Assembly (NCBI RefSeq): GCF_006345805.1
Contig: NC_042997.1
Coordinates: 135,470,001-135,534,000, forward strand
Source: Octopus sinensis
Lineage: Eukaryota
Direction: 5' to 3'
DNA: 64,000 nucleotides
A model generated the notes under the pieces. It saw only the letters and a program-made list of their open reading frames with translations. It was not told the origin of the DNA and made no database searches. Both the position numbers and the translations under genes were made by a program. Positions 26,313 to 36,482 of this stretch are shown here, in pieces. Position 1 is the first letter of the stretch, and each line of letters opens with the position of its first letter.

Positions 26313-26477
26313 TTTTCAAATCATCGCACTCGCGCCAAATTTATCGGCAGCAAATAAATATAAGCCGCCGATTCCATTACGGAATTAACCAGAAAATTCA
26401 TAATTAATCAATATAGGTCAGATATTGCCGAGGCAGGGACGGAAATGCCTCGTGAAAATATCTGTTCCGACTTGGCT

Positions 26478-26584
26478 ATTTCTTACTGGTGATTCTAAGG
26501 GCCTATGGAAGATTGGCCTGATTTAATTTAATCAGGTTAGTTTACCATTAAACAGTAGATGAAACGGTGCATCGTATAAGAAAT
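26478..26584 (+). ncRNA. Hammerhead motif, array unit 1 (core mutated CTGGTGA)
   Basis: Same fold as units 2-4 but A6->G, probably inactive. Confidence 0.7.
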
Positions 26585-26963
26585 TACAGGGTAAATGTTT
26601 TTTAATTTTCTCCTGGTTTACGGAATTGATGTTATTTTGCGGTTAAAGCTTTGGCTGTTATTTCTAGTGGGTGAATGGCCTATTATGGCCGTTCCTTGAT
26701 TGTGATGTTGAACTTAAAAATGGTCTATGACTATTTAATTTTTTCCCACTAGGCCGCTGGTGGCAAAAAAATTCTACAAAATTTTTTGCCACCCTATATT
26801 GATTAATTATGAATTTTCTGGTTAATTCCGTAATGGAATCGGCGGCTTATATTTATTTGCTGCCGATAAATTTGGCGCGAGTGCGATGATTGAAAATTTT
26901 AGGTCAGATATTGCCGAGGCAGGGACGGAAATGCCTCGTGAAAATATCTGTTCCGACTTGGCT

Positions 26964-27070
26964 ATTTCTTACTGATGATTCTAAGGGCCTATGGAAGATT
27001 GGCCTGATTTAATTTAATCAGGTTAGTTTACCATTTAACAGTAGATGAAACGGTGCATCGTATAAGAAAT
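26964..27070 (+). ncRNA. Type I hammerhead ribozyme, array unit 2
   Basis: Stem I ATTTCTTA/TAAGAAAT; core CTGATGA; stem II TCTA...TAGA enclosing sub-hairpins; GAAA; stem III CGGT-gc-ATCG; GUA cleavage predicted after 27062. Confidence 0.85.
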
Positions 27071-27449
27071 TACAGGGTAAATGTTTTTTAATTTTCTCCT
27101 GTTTACGGAATTGATGTTATTTTGCGGTTAAAGCTTTGGCTGTTATTTCTAGTGGGTGAATGGCCTATTATGGCCGTTCCTTGATTGTGATGTTGAACTT
27201 AAAAATGGTCTATGACTATTTAATTTTTTCCCACTAGGCCGCTGGTGGCAAAAAAATTCTACAAAATTTTTTGCCACCCTATATTGATTAATTATGAATT
27301 TTCTGGTTAATTCCGTAATGGAATCGGCGGCTTATATTTATTTGCTGCCGATAAATTTGGCGCGAGTGCGATGATTTGAAAATTTTAGGTCAGATATTGC
27401 CGAGGCAGGGACGGAAATGCCTCGTGAAAATATCTGTTCCGACTTGGCT

Positions 27450-27556
27450 ATTTCTTACTGATGATTCTAAGGGCCTACGGAAGATTGGCCTGATTTAATT
27501 TAATCAGGTTAGTTTACCATTAAACAGTAGATGAAACGGTGCATCGTATAAGAAAT
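27450..27556 (+). ncRNA. Type I hammerhead ribozyme, array unit 3
   Basis: As unit 2; predicted cleavage after 27548. Confidence 0.85.
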
Positions 27557-27936
27557 TACAGGGTAAATGTTTTTTAATTTTCTCCTGGTTTACGGAATTG
27601 ATGTTATTTTGCGGTTAAAGCTTTGGCTGTTATTTCTAGTGGGTGAATGGCCTATTATGGCCGTTCCTTGATTGTGGTGTTGAACTTAAAAATGGTCTAT
27701 GACTATTTAATTTTTTCCCACTAGGCCGCTGGTGGCAAAACAATTCTACAAAATTTTTTGCCACCCTATATTGATTAATTATGAATTTTCTGGTTAATTC
27801 CGTAATGGAATCGGCGGCTTATATTTATTTGCTGCCGATAAATTTGGCGCGAGTGTGATGATTTGAAAATTTTAGGTCAGATATTGCCGAGGCAGGGACG
27901 GAAATGCCTCGTGAAAATATCTGTTCCGACTTGGCT

Positions 27937-28043
27937 ATTTCTTACTGATGATTCTAAGGGCCTATGGAAGATTGGCCTGATTTAATTTAATCAGGTTAGT
28001 TTACCATTAAACAGTAGATGAAACGGTGCATCGTATAAGAAAT
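27937..28043 (+). ncRNA. Type I hammerhead ribozyme, array unit 4
   Basis: As unit 2; predicted cleavage after 28035. Confidence 0.85.
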
Positions 28044-28166
28044 TACAGGGTAAATGTTTTTTAATTTTCTCCTGGTTTACGGAATTGATGTTATTTTGCG
28101 GTTAAAGCTTTGGCTGTTATTTCTAGTGGGTGAATGGCCTATTATGGCCGTTCCTTGATTGTGATA

Positions 28167-28199
<33 letters not shown>

Positions 28200-28386
28200 C
28201 ATTATATATATATATACATATATATATACATATATATACATATATATATGTACATATTATATATATATATTATATATATATATATATTATATATATATAT
28301 ATATACAATTACAGCGTGGAAGGTGTTTATAAGCCATTTAAGAAACACACAAAAGCCGTTCGATTCACTTCAACATTTAAGTTTAA

Positions 28387-28436
28387 TTTGTCAAAATATT
28401 TTCTTCGCTAAAATCGGCGACCTGTTCACTGACAAA
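28387..28436 (-). ncRNA. Hammerhead-like motif with G3-C8 swapped core (GUGAACA), left arm
   Basis: Minus strand TTTGTCA-GTGAACA-G-GTCGC cgatttta GCGAA-GAAA-ATAT-TT-TGACAAA. Confidence 0.65.
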
Positions 28437-28454
28437 GTCCGATGCAGCACGGAC

Positions 28455-28504
28455 TTTGTCAGTGAACCGGTCGCGGATTTTAGCGACGAAAATATTTTGA
28501 CAAA
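28455..28504 (+). ncRNA. Hammerhead-like motif with G3-C8 swapped core (GUGAACC), right arm
   Basis: TTTGTCA-GTGAACC-G-GTCGC ggatttta GCGAC-GAAA-ATAT-TT-TGACAAA. Confidence 0.6.
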
Positions 28505-29184
28505 TTAAACTTAAATGTTGAAGTGAATCGAACGGCTTTTGTGTGTTTCTTAAATGGCTTATAAACACCTTCCACGCTGCAATTGTTTTCGTTTCAGCAC
28601 ACGATCTCAGATCAAATTACTTGCTATGCGAGTACATCTCCGTATATATATATATATATATATATATATGAAGAGCGAGAAAGAGTGAGACAGAGAGGCA
28701 CAAAGAGAGCAAGTTATAGTAGCCATTCCTCTGACTTCTTGCTCACTTCTGCATACACCAGTGACCATCCCATATCGTCTATATTTTTGCATGTGTAGCA
28801 CTAGGGACTACACATCTTCGAAGCATTTTTCAGTTTCTGCCGGAGTAGGAAACTGAGGTTTCCTCTCCTTGCGAGAAACACATTATTTATAAAAAAAATT
28901 ATTCCTCTTTCGGAGTATTTTCCCTCCTCACTAAGGCGCATAATACCTGGTTTCATAATGTCACTCTTGTATTTCAGAGCCTTAATTTTATTAGTCATCC
29001 ACTGAAAAAATAGCCCAATTGCTAACGACTTTAGAAAAGGAAGTAGCTTTGTTATTATTGCTGCTCCTGCTATTGTTGGTGGTGATGGTGGTGTCGTTGT
29101 CGTCGTCGCTGTTCTTTTCAATCGTATTGTTCATGTTACTTTCTTTGTTTTCGATTTTGTTCATCAATGTTGTTGATACATTTG

Positions 29185-30051
29185 CTGGGATCTTTTCTGT
29201 TTGATGGACGGAATTTTCTAGTTAACTAAACAATTTGAAACTTCGTATACTGGTAGAATGTGTCAAAAGAAAACATTATTGTAAGCAAAATTGAAAACAA
29301 AATTGTAATTCGTAACTTTAACGCAGTTTAATTCTACGAATTTTAACCAATGAAATTGCAGCATTCGAGCTCAAATTATTTGTTGCGTCTAAAAACTCAC
29401 ACGCACACGTCTTATTCATCCTTTCTCTCTCTTCTGTCTACATGTGCTAGAAATAACTGCTATATCTCTTAAATCGATGAATTTCGTCGCCCAATAAAAA
29501 TATTAACGATATATTTTGAATATTTCCTTAATTTTTTTTACCGAAAAGGCTTCTCCCATGGTTTTGAAGGGCCAGAAACAACAAAAACAAAACAATAATA
29601 TGCCTAAATCGGTCTAGAGTTTGCGCGTGGAGTGTGATTCGTATTATTTTTATTTTTTATTTTATCTAGTTTCAGCTCACGAGCTTTGGCCATTCTGGGG
29701 CACCGCCATTTGTAAAAATTTGCGAAATATTTTTTCATAAAAGGATGCCCCAGCTTGTCGGAAGCTGTGATATAAGTTGTGAAAAAAATCCTCGACACCA
29801 GTGCGTAATTGGTACTTAATTTATCGACCCCGAAACGATGAAACATTGACCCCCCCTTCTAGTTTATTTACTTTTTGTGTAAATCTGTTACGGCATGGGG
29901 CAACTCACGAATGTGTATGTATGCTTGTGTGCGTATGTGTGTGCATGTATATGTCCGTTTGTATGTGTGTGTACTCTTATATATTAATTACTATGTGCTT
30001 GTGCAAATGTATATGCATGTGTTTTAGAGAGAGAGAGAGAGAGAGAGAGTG

Positions 30052-30093
<42 letters not shown>

Positions 30094-30320
30094 GTGCGTC
30101 TGCTATATTTCTTTATCAATATCGATAACGCAGCAATGCTGGGGTTTTATTGGTTAAAATTCGTAAAATTAAACTACGTTTAAGTTATAAATTACAATTT
30201 TGTTTTCAATTTTGTTTACAATAATGTTTTTGTTTTTTTTGACACATTCTACCAGTATACGAAGTTTCAAATTTTTTAGTTAACTAGAAAATTCCGTCCA
30301 TCAAACAGAAAAGATCCCAG
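29185..30320. mobile_element. Non-autonomous DNA transposon with ~170-bp terminal inverted repeats
   Basis: CTGGGATCTTTTCTGTTTGATGGACGGAATTTTCTAGTTAACT... mirrored at 30147-30320. Possible 3-bp TSD TTG. No ORF. Confidence 0.88.
29644..29708 (-). mobile_element. Tail-only copy of the CR1/L2-group LINE 3' end
   Basis: Reverse complement TGGCGGTGCCCCAGAATGGCCAAAGCTCGTGAGCTGAAACTAGA + (TAAAA)n, matches 18310-18351. Confidence 0.8.
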
Positions 30321-30924
30321 TTGCTGTTATTGTTGTTATTTCTGTTGTTTGTGGTGGTGGTGGTGATGCTGCTGCTGCTAATGTAGTCTTCCTCATCAGT
30401 ATCTTTGCTGCTGGTACATTTGTTACTGACGTCATAGCAACAATGGGAAATTATATTTCTCTTTGTTGAGAAATTTATTTCACCTTCAGCTGCGTTTCTG
30501 TCCGAAATTATAACTGAACGCTGGTAGGAGTCAAAAGAACGGTGCAATAGAACGCTGGTAGGAGTCAATAGAAAGGTCAACAGAACTGTGCAAAATCTTA
30601 CCGCTACAATACGAACAATGCAAGCAAAATACTTGTTAAATAAAATTTTCAATAAACGTGTCTCAACCAGCTGAGATACTTGATTAAGCATTTACAAATA
30701 ACGGTGGTTCAACATCTATAATATAATGGAGAAAGCTAAAAGAAAGCAATTATTAATGGGTTGACCGTCTGCAAATATTTTTTTATAAATTCATGTTCTA
30801 AGAAATGTCCTATAATTTCGATTTCTCAAGTTTATTAAACTTTTTAGCTACAACTTCTCGCAAATTTAATATTCATTGCATTCGCTGCGTTCAATTTTCA
30901 CAAATTTAAATATTCATAGTATTC

Positions 30925-32020
30925 ACTGCAGAGTATTCAGAACATTCCATTCCAAGAAAGGCACTGATAGGTTGTACTTGTTCAGAAGAAAGGGTGGGAG
31001 AAGTTTGATCAGTTGCCAGGATTGTGTAGAAGCAGAAGAAAATAACTTAGCGTGATATGTAAAACATTGCTGAAACATGTAGGAGACCGGTATCATCAAA
31101 ATTGTTAATTGTGTAAAGACAGAACCAAAAGAGGAAAAAACTAAAAGAAAAAAAGGAACAAAAAAGAAATAGCACGGAAGGCAAAAGCATGTGTGATCAG
31201 TTAGCAAAAGATACGAACGCCAAGACAGATGCCTAAGACCGGTGGTTATGGATACAGAGTAGTGACCTGAAGATAGAAACAGAATCATTTATGAGTGCAG
31301 CACAAGAATAAGCATTATGGACGAACTATGTGAAGTGCAGAATTGACAACACAACTGAGAGCTACAAATACAGAATGTGTGTTCAGAGGAGTAAAACGGG
31401 ATGGCACATTGTTAGCGAATGCCCGAAATGGACACAACGAGATTATAAAAGATGACATGACAATGTATCAAGAATGATCCTTTCGGAGCTTTTTGGAAAT
31501 CACGGCCTACAAAGAACAAAACTGTAGATCACAGTGGTTAAGGAGAATGAATACTACAAAATTTTGTGGGAAGCAATGATTCAATGTGACCCTCAGATCA
31601 GATATCGGAAACCTGACATTGTTGTGGTGAACAAACAAAAATGCATGGTAATCGACATAGCATATACCGGGGACATTGAGATCAAAGAGAAAGCAAGAGG
31701 AAAAATTAAACGTCTATGACGATTTGAAGTGGACAATACGCAGGTTTTGGACAATGTAGTGACGTGATAGTAGTAAATGGCGCGCTTGGAAGAATCGGCA
31801 CCCAAAGACCAACATGGCTCAAAAAGATTGGCGCAAATGTAAAGACAGAACACCTACAAAATCATCATTGCTTGGAACTGCAAGAGTTCTCCGCAGAGTT
31901 CATGAAGCATGACCAGCAAACAAGTGTTACCTTAGTGTACTGGATGTGAACATCTGATACTTTCCATCATACCTAGGAAAATAAGCTGAGATACTTTTTT
32001 AATCAAATAATAATAAGAAT
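30925..32020 (+). mobile_element. Decayed 3' part of an R4/Dong-like RLE non-LTR retrotransposon
   Basis: Translates FHSKKGTDRLYLFRRKGGRSLI, AAQE.AL, YRMC...WHIVSEC..YKR.HDNV (CCHC-like), ILWEAMIQCD..RKPDIVVV...VIDIA (PD..D nuclease), IVVNGALG. Short (TAA)n tail. Confidence 0.85.
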
Positions 32021-32664
32021 GAAAATAATTTTGGAACAAGATCAGCAAATTTAGCGAAGATCAATTACATTGATCTACTGCTTCTCAACTATGATTATTT
32101 TATTGAATGGATGAAAGGCAAAGTTAACATCGGTGGGATATTGACTCTAAAAGTAAAGAGCCGTAAATAATTCTACCAACAAATTACAACACCAATAATG
32201 GGGACATTTAACACTAGGAATTGGTTCCAATCCCTGACAGGTATTATCAATGAAGGGAAATGAACACTCAATTACAAAGTGTAAACTTCCTAAACATATT
32301 TCTGTAGCCGTTTTTAATGTGAAGTAGTTACTAACATCTATCGATTCATGGAAAAACCACAGATGTTATTTAACTTTGAGATTCAAGGAACTAGAGATGA
32401 AAAAATAATAATTGCAAGCATAAAAACTGAGACATAGATGGACAAGTGATGTGCGCACATGAATTAGAAAAGCCTTATTGATTGGCAATCTAAAGAAAGC
32501 GCTTACGAAAAATCATGGACCAGATTAGCAAATCTGTCAACGAAATAATCCCTGTTCCCAATCACGAATGATTAGCATAAATTATTTAACGTAAAACAGT
32601 GTTAAATAGAAAATTCAAATAATCGTAGCTGTAAATGAAAATGTAAAAAGAGAAATTCTAAAGA

Positions 32665-32666
<2 letters not shown>

Positions 32667-32723
<57 letters not shown>

Positions 32724-32734
32724 TAATAATAATA
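32667..32734. repeat. (TAA)n microsatellite
   Basis: Directly visible. Confidence 0.95.
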
Positions 32735-33291
32735 CAATTTAATCTCTTTTACAAAGGAACACGACGAAAACTCAGTGTAAGACAACCACAACACAACGCA
32801 CGTTACAGCACAAGATCCCGTAGTAATTAAAAAAAAAGATGAAGAAACACAAGTCCTGGAATTCCAATGAGAACATAATCTGGTGTCGAAACAAGCAAAT
32901 GAATTATTTAAAAGGTATGATAGGGAAATCCGTGGAAAATATTGAGGAATTAAAATGTAAACTAAATTAAATGCATGTCTGACAAAAGATGCCCATACCT
33001 GCTTACTTTGAATAATAAATGAAGATGTGTCAGTGTCACTGTGTACTATCGCATCATCAGCCATAGTACGTCCTCCAAGGTGCAAATATTACTAAGCGGT
33101 AGAAATTTTATTAACGAATCCTGCTTGAAAATTGAAAGAGCAGATATTTCAATGCGGGTAAGTGAGATATGACTTTTATGTTGCAGTTGCTTAACCGTAA
33201 ATTACCTTGATATAAAAGAAAATTGTTAATGGTGTTCTATTCATGAGAACGATTTCTTATTTTTTAGAACTACATAAATCAATGAAGCATT

Positions 33292-33324
33292 TCTCTCCTT
33301 ATCTCTCTCTCTCTCTCTCTCCCT

Positions 33325-33406
<82 letters not shown>
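33292..33406. repeat. (CT)n microsatellite
   Basis: Directly visible. Confidence 0.95.
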
Positions 33407-33407
<1 letters not shown>

Positions 33408-33659
33408 ACAGTTAGAGCGACTGTGTAAAAGGTTCGTTGTTGGTTTAATGCTTGTTGACTTTGCTAACTGTGCTATTATTAGTGTTGCAAATGTTATATT
33501 GTTGTTGTTGTTGCGGCAGCTTTTTTATGGCTTTTCTTGAAGGTGATGATGTTGGTGGCTCTTCTTATTTCTGTTTTCTCTCTCCTACTAGTTATTTTGG
33601 GAATTCGTGAAGAGGTTGCATCTTTCGATGCGGTCACGTGTTCACGACTGATTTTGCTG

Positions 33660-34760
33660 TTCTAGTTTATATTTGGTGCTGAAGTAAAGTTCCAAATTCC
33701 ACTCTGATCCGGCAAGACTAAGCATTGCAACAAGGAGATAATGACTGCATTTAGCATATTGCGCACTAAAATATATTTGGCTAGTCCTGATTGAGATTTG
33801 TCTAGTTTGGTTTGTCTAATGTAGTTTTCGCTGCATTCATTGCATTTGATGATATATATTAAACTTTTTGAAAACAAGCGAACTGGTTGTTCACTATGAG
33901 AACTTGTCTCGAATTAAAATCTATGTTGTGTCCTCAATGAGTTTGGACCAAATTCCGCAGTTAAAGCGGCCATACCTTTTAACAGTTAGAGTTGAGTCTA
34001 TAGTTGGTAGTTTTGCCTTGAAACATTGTTTTTGTGGGCGTTTTATTTGGCTTTTGGCTTAATAGGTGTAGGTCATCCCATATGAAATATGTTATACATT
34101 TTACGAGAGAGTTTAACAGTATGTCAATGAAGTTTTCTAAGTCTGTGTTTCCCGGGCTGGGCTTGCCGCGATCGGCCAAATTTTGAGATCCTTCAGAAAT
34201 GGTATATTTATGCAAACGCTGGTTGATTCTTTGCAGGCATCGCTAATTGTTATATTTTTGTGCATTTTGGAAAGTAGTTAGTAGATGTTACTGGTTTTGG
34301 CAATTAAGTTCCTCAGATAATCAATTTCTTTATTAGTTAAGTCTCTTCGCTGTGGGTTTATGAGGATATTACCTCTCAGTATTGTTTTAGTTTGTTGATA
34401 GTTATTCACTATTTTATTTCTTGAAGTAGTGTTAATTCGGCATTTTTGTATTATCCCATATTCCTAACAACAGCATTTCCCTTATCCGCTTCTTTTATAC
34501 CAATATCATTATTGTCTTCAGGTGATATATAGTTTTCCATTCTGTTCACTTAGAGTTGGATTTCAGTATAAGTGGTAGAAGTTCGTTACATGAGGAAGTG
34601 GACATGAACTCAAAATTTGTCTAGTTTTTTGTTTCTCTTTATTGTTGGCTTGTTATATGTTTTACTTTGAAGAAAGGGTTGTCTACTGCTTTGTTCATCG
34701 AATATTTCTTCCATTAATCTTAATTTCTGCAAAACATTTAAATGTCATCTCGTACTACAG
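33660..34760 (-). mobile_element. Old, internally deleted Penelope-like element
   Basis: Minus strand shows frameshifted FCRKLRL-like sequence (~34730), IKEADKGNAVV (~34465-34500) and SKSLIYIIKCNECSENYIRQTK (GIY-YIG, 33662-33877). Confidence 0.78.
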
Positions 34761-36204
34761 TGAGGCTAGAATATCGTACAACTTTTATAAACGTTAATAA
34801 AGTTATGAAAAGCCCCAAGAAATACTAAGGCAGGAAGAAATAAACAGGTCAAAGATACAACATCGCATCCAACATCACCAAAGCGATAATTATAACAATA
34901 AAAGTAATAATTTACAGCAGAGAGAAATGGTTATAGTTATCAACTATCCGGTTGAAATATTTTCAGGAAAGTTTACAACTGAATAAATCAAATTTTTGGT
35001 CTATACCCCCACTTGACACAGGGTAAAATAAATCAAACATAAAAGGCATTTCATAAAATGGCGTTTGGACCCATTTTTCCATGAGCTTGTTCATTTTCAC
35101 ACCAACATGTAAATTTTGAAATAACACAGGCCATCTTCTTTCAGTTGGCAAACGTATAGGGACAGATTCATGCATAACTATTTTCTGAGTATTTAAACGA
35201 ATTTCAGAGCAAGTAAAATGTTCTTTTAAAATTGTTTCTGCTGATATGATGCATGTTTCATGTGTAGGGCTATTATCAACTCGGCATTGAATGTTAACCA
35301 GTAAAATGTAACCAACTGCCACCTGTCGTATGATCGGATCATCAGCGACTAAAACCTAACAAGCTTACCTAGTGAAAAGGGAGATTACTGAACACTAAAT
35401 ACTACACTCTGATGAAGCAGCTGCCATTAAGAGAGTTGCTAAAGTCTATACAATTACATTTAAGGTGAGTATAATTACATACAATTACCTTTAATGGCTT
35501 AAGGGAGTATTTTCACATTATATTGGTCAAATAACACGGGAAAGTCATTACAGGAAGAATAGTTAAATTTCAAGGTGGTTTTAGTTGAGTATCCTATAAT
35601 GCTTAGCTACCAATTATATATAAATCTACTATGTAGCGCCACAGTTTATCGACCCGCTAGTTCCAGTATATTTAATTTTTAATCTCATATTGTTCATAGA
35701 ACCAATTCATAATTTTTATGTAGGCTAGCATCACAGCTTGATAAATCCTTTATTACTACGTTTTCGTTTACAATACTTATTCAGATACACGAATAAATAC
35801 GAAACGAAGCTAAATAATCTGATCGCTGCATAGATTATTTTAAGCCTTCGTTACTATTGTCATAAAAATTGCAAATCTCTATCTTTTAATCACGCTCCAT
35901 GCTGGCGGCGAAGAATTTGGCTCTTCAAATTACCAATATCATCGGTTATCAACATTCCCTAAGTATCAAAATCGAAGACTGATACTAAAGGGAAAATAAC
36001 GTCCTGTGTAACATGACATTCATACAAACGCGCACACATAACGGAATACAAATTTTCCTCTCGTTTACATTTGCATATATGAGTGCTTTTGTATTTTGTA
36101 CATGAATGCATTAAAGCCCAACACAATATGAATTCAGAATTTGTGATGTAAATATTTTTAGCACAAACCAGACTGTCTTATACATAATTACATATGTGCA
36201 TGTG

Positions 36205-36206
36205 TT

Positions 36207-36265
<59 letters not shown>

Positions 36266-36385
36266 ATCTATCTATCTATCTATCTATCTCTAAATGTATA
36301 TATATATATAATAAATATATATATATACATATATATGTATATATATACATACATGCATACATACATACATACATACATACATACA

Positions 36386-36460
<75 letters not shown>

Positions 36461-36482
36461 TATATACACATATATATATATA
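36205..36482. repeat. Compound (TCTA)n/(AT)n/(TACA)n microsatellite
   Basis: Directly visible. Confidence 0.95.

Larger units (their letters stand above)
26313..28165 (+). repeat. Tandem array of a 486-487 bp HHR-containing unit (3.6 copies) preceded by an inverted ~104-bp piece of the unit; retrozyme-like
   Basis: AGGTCAGATATTGCCGAGG recurs at 26415, 26901, 27387 and 27874. Units are nearly identical. 26313-26416 is the reverse complement of ~26794-26897. Array ends in (AT)n. Confidence 0.95.
28305..28643. repeat. Near-perfect 137-bp-arm palindrome (inverted pseudo-LTR-like element) between (AT)n tracts
   Basis: 28305-28441 is the reverse complement of 28450-28586 (few mismatches) with an 8-nt loop ATGCAGCA. 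Right arm extends ~57 bp further. Confidence 0.95.

Noticed and set aside
30284-30691. 135-aa minus-strand ORF
   Set aside because: Runs through short tandem repeats, a trinucleotide tract and a TIR; no recognisable domain
35400-35452. CTGATGA-AGCAGCT...AGTTGCT-AAA possible hammerhead
   Set aside because: Stem II pairs but G12 is missing and there is no stem I; at most a relic
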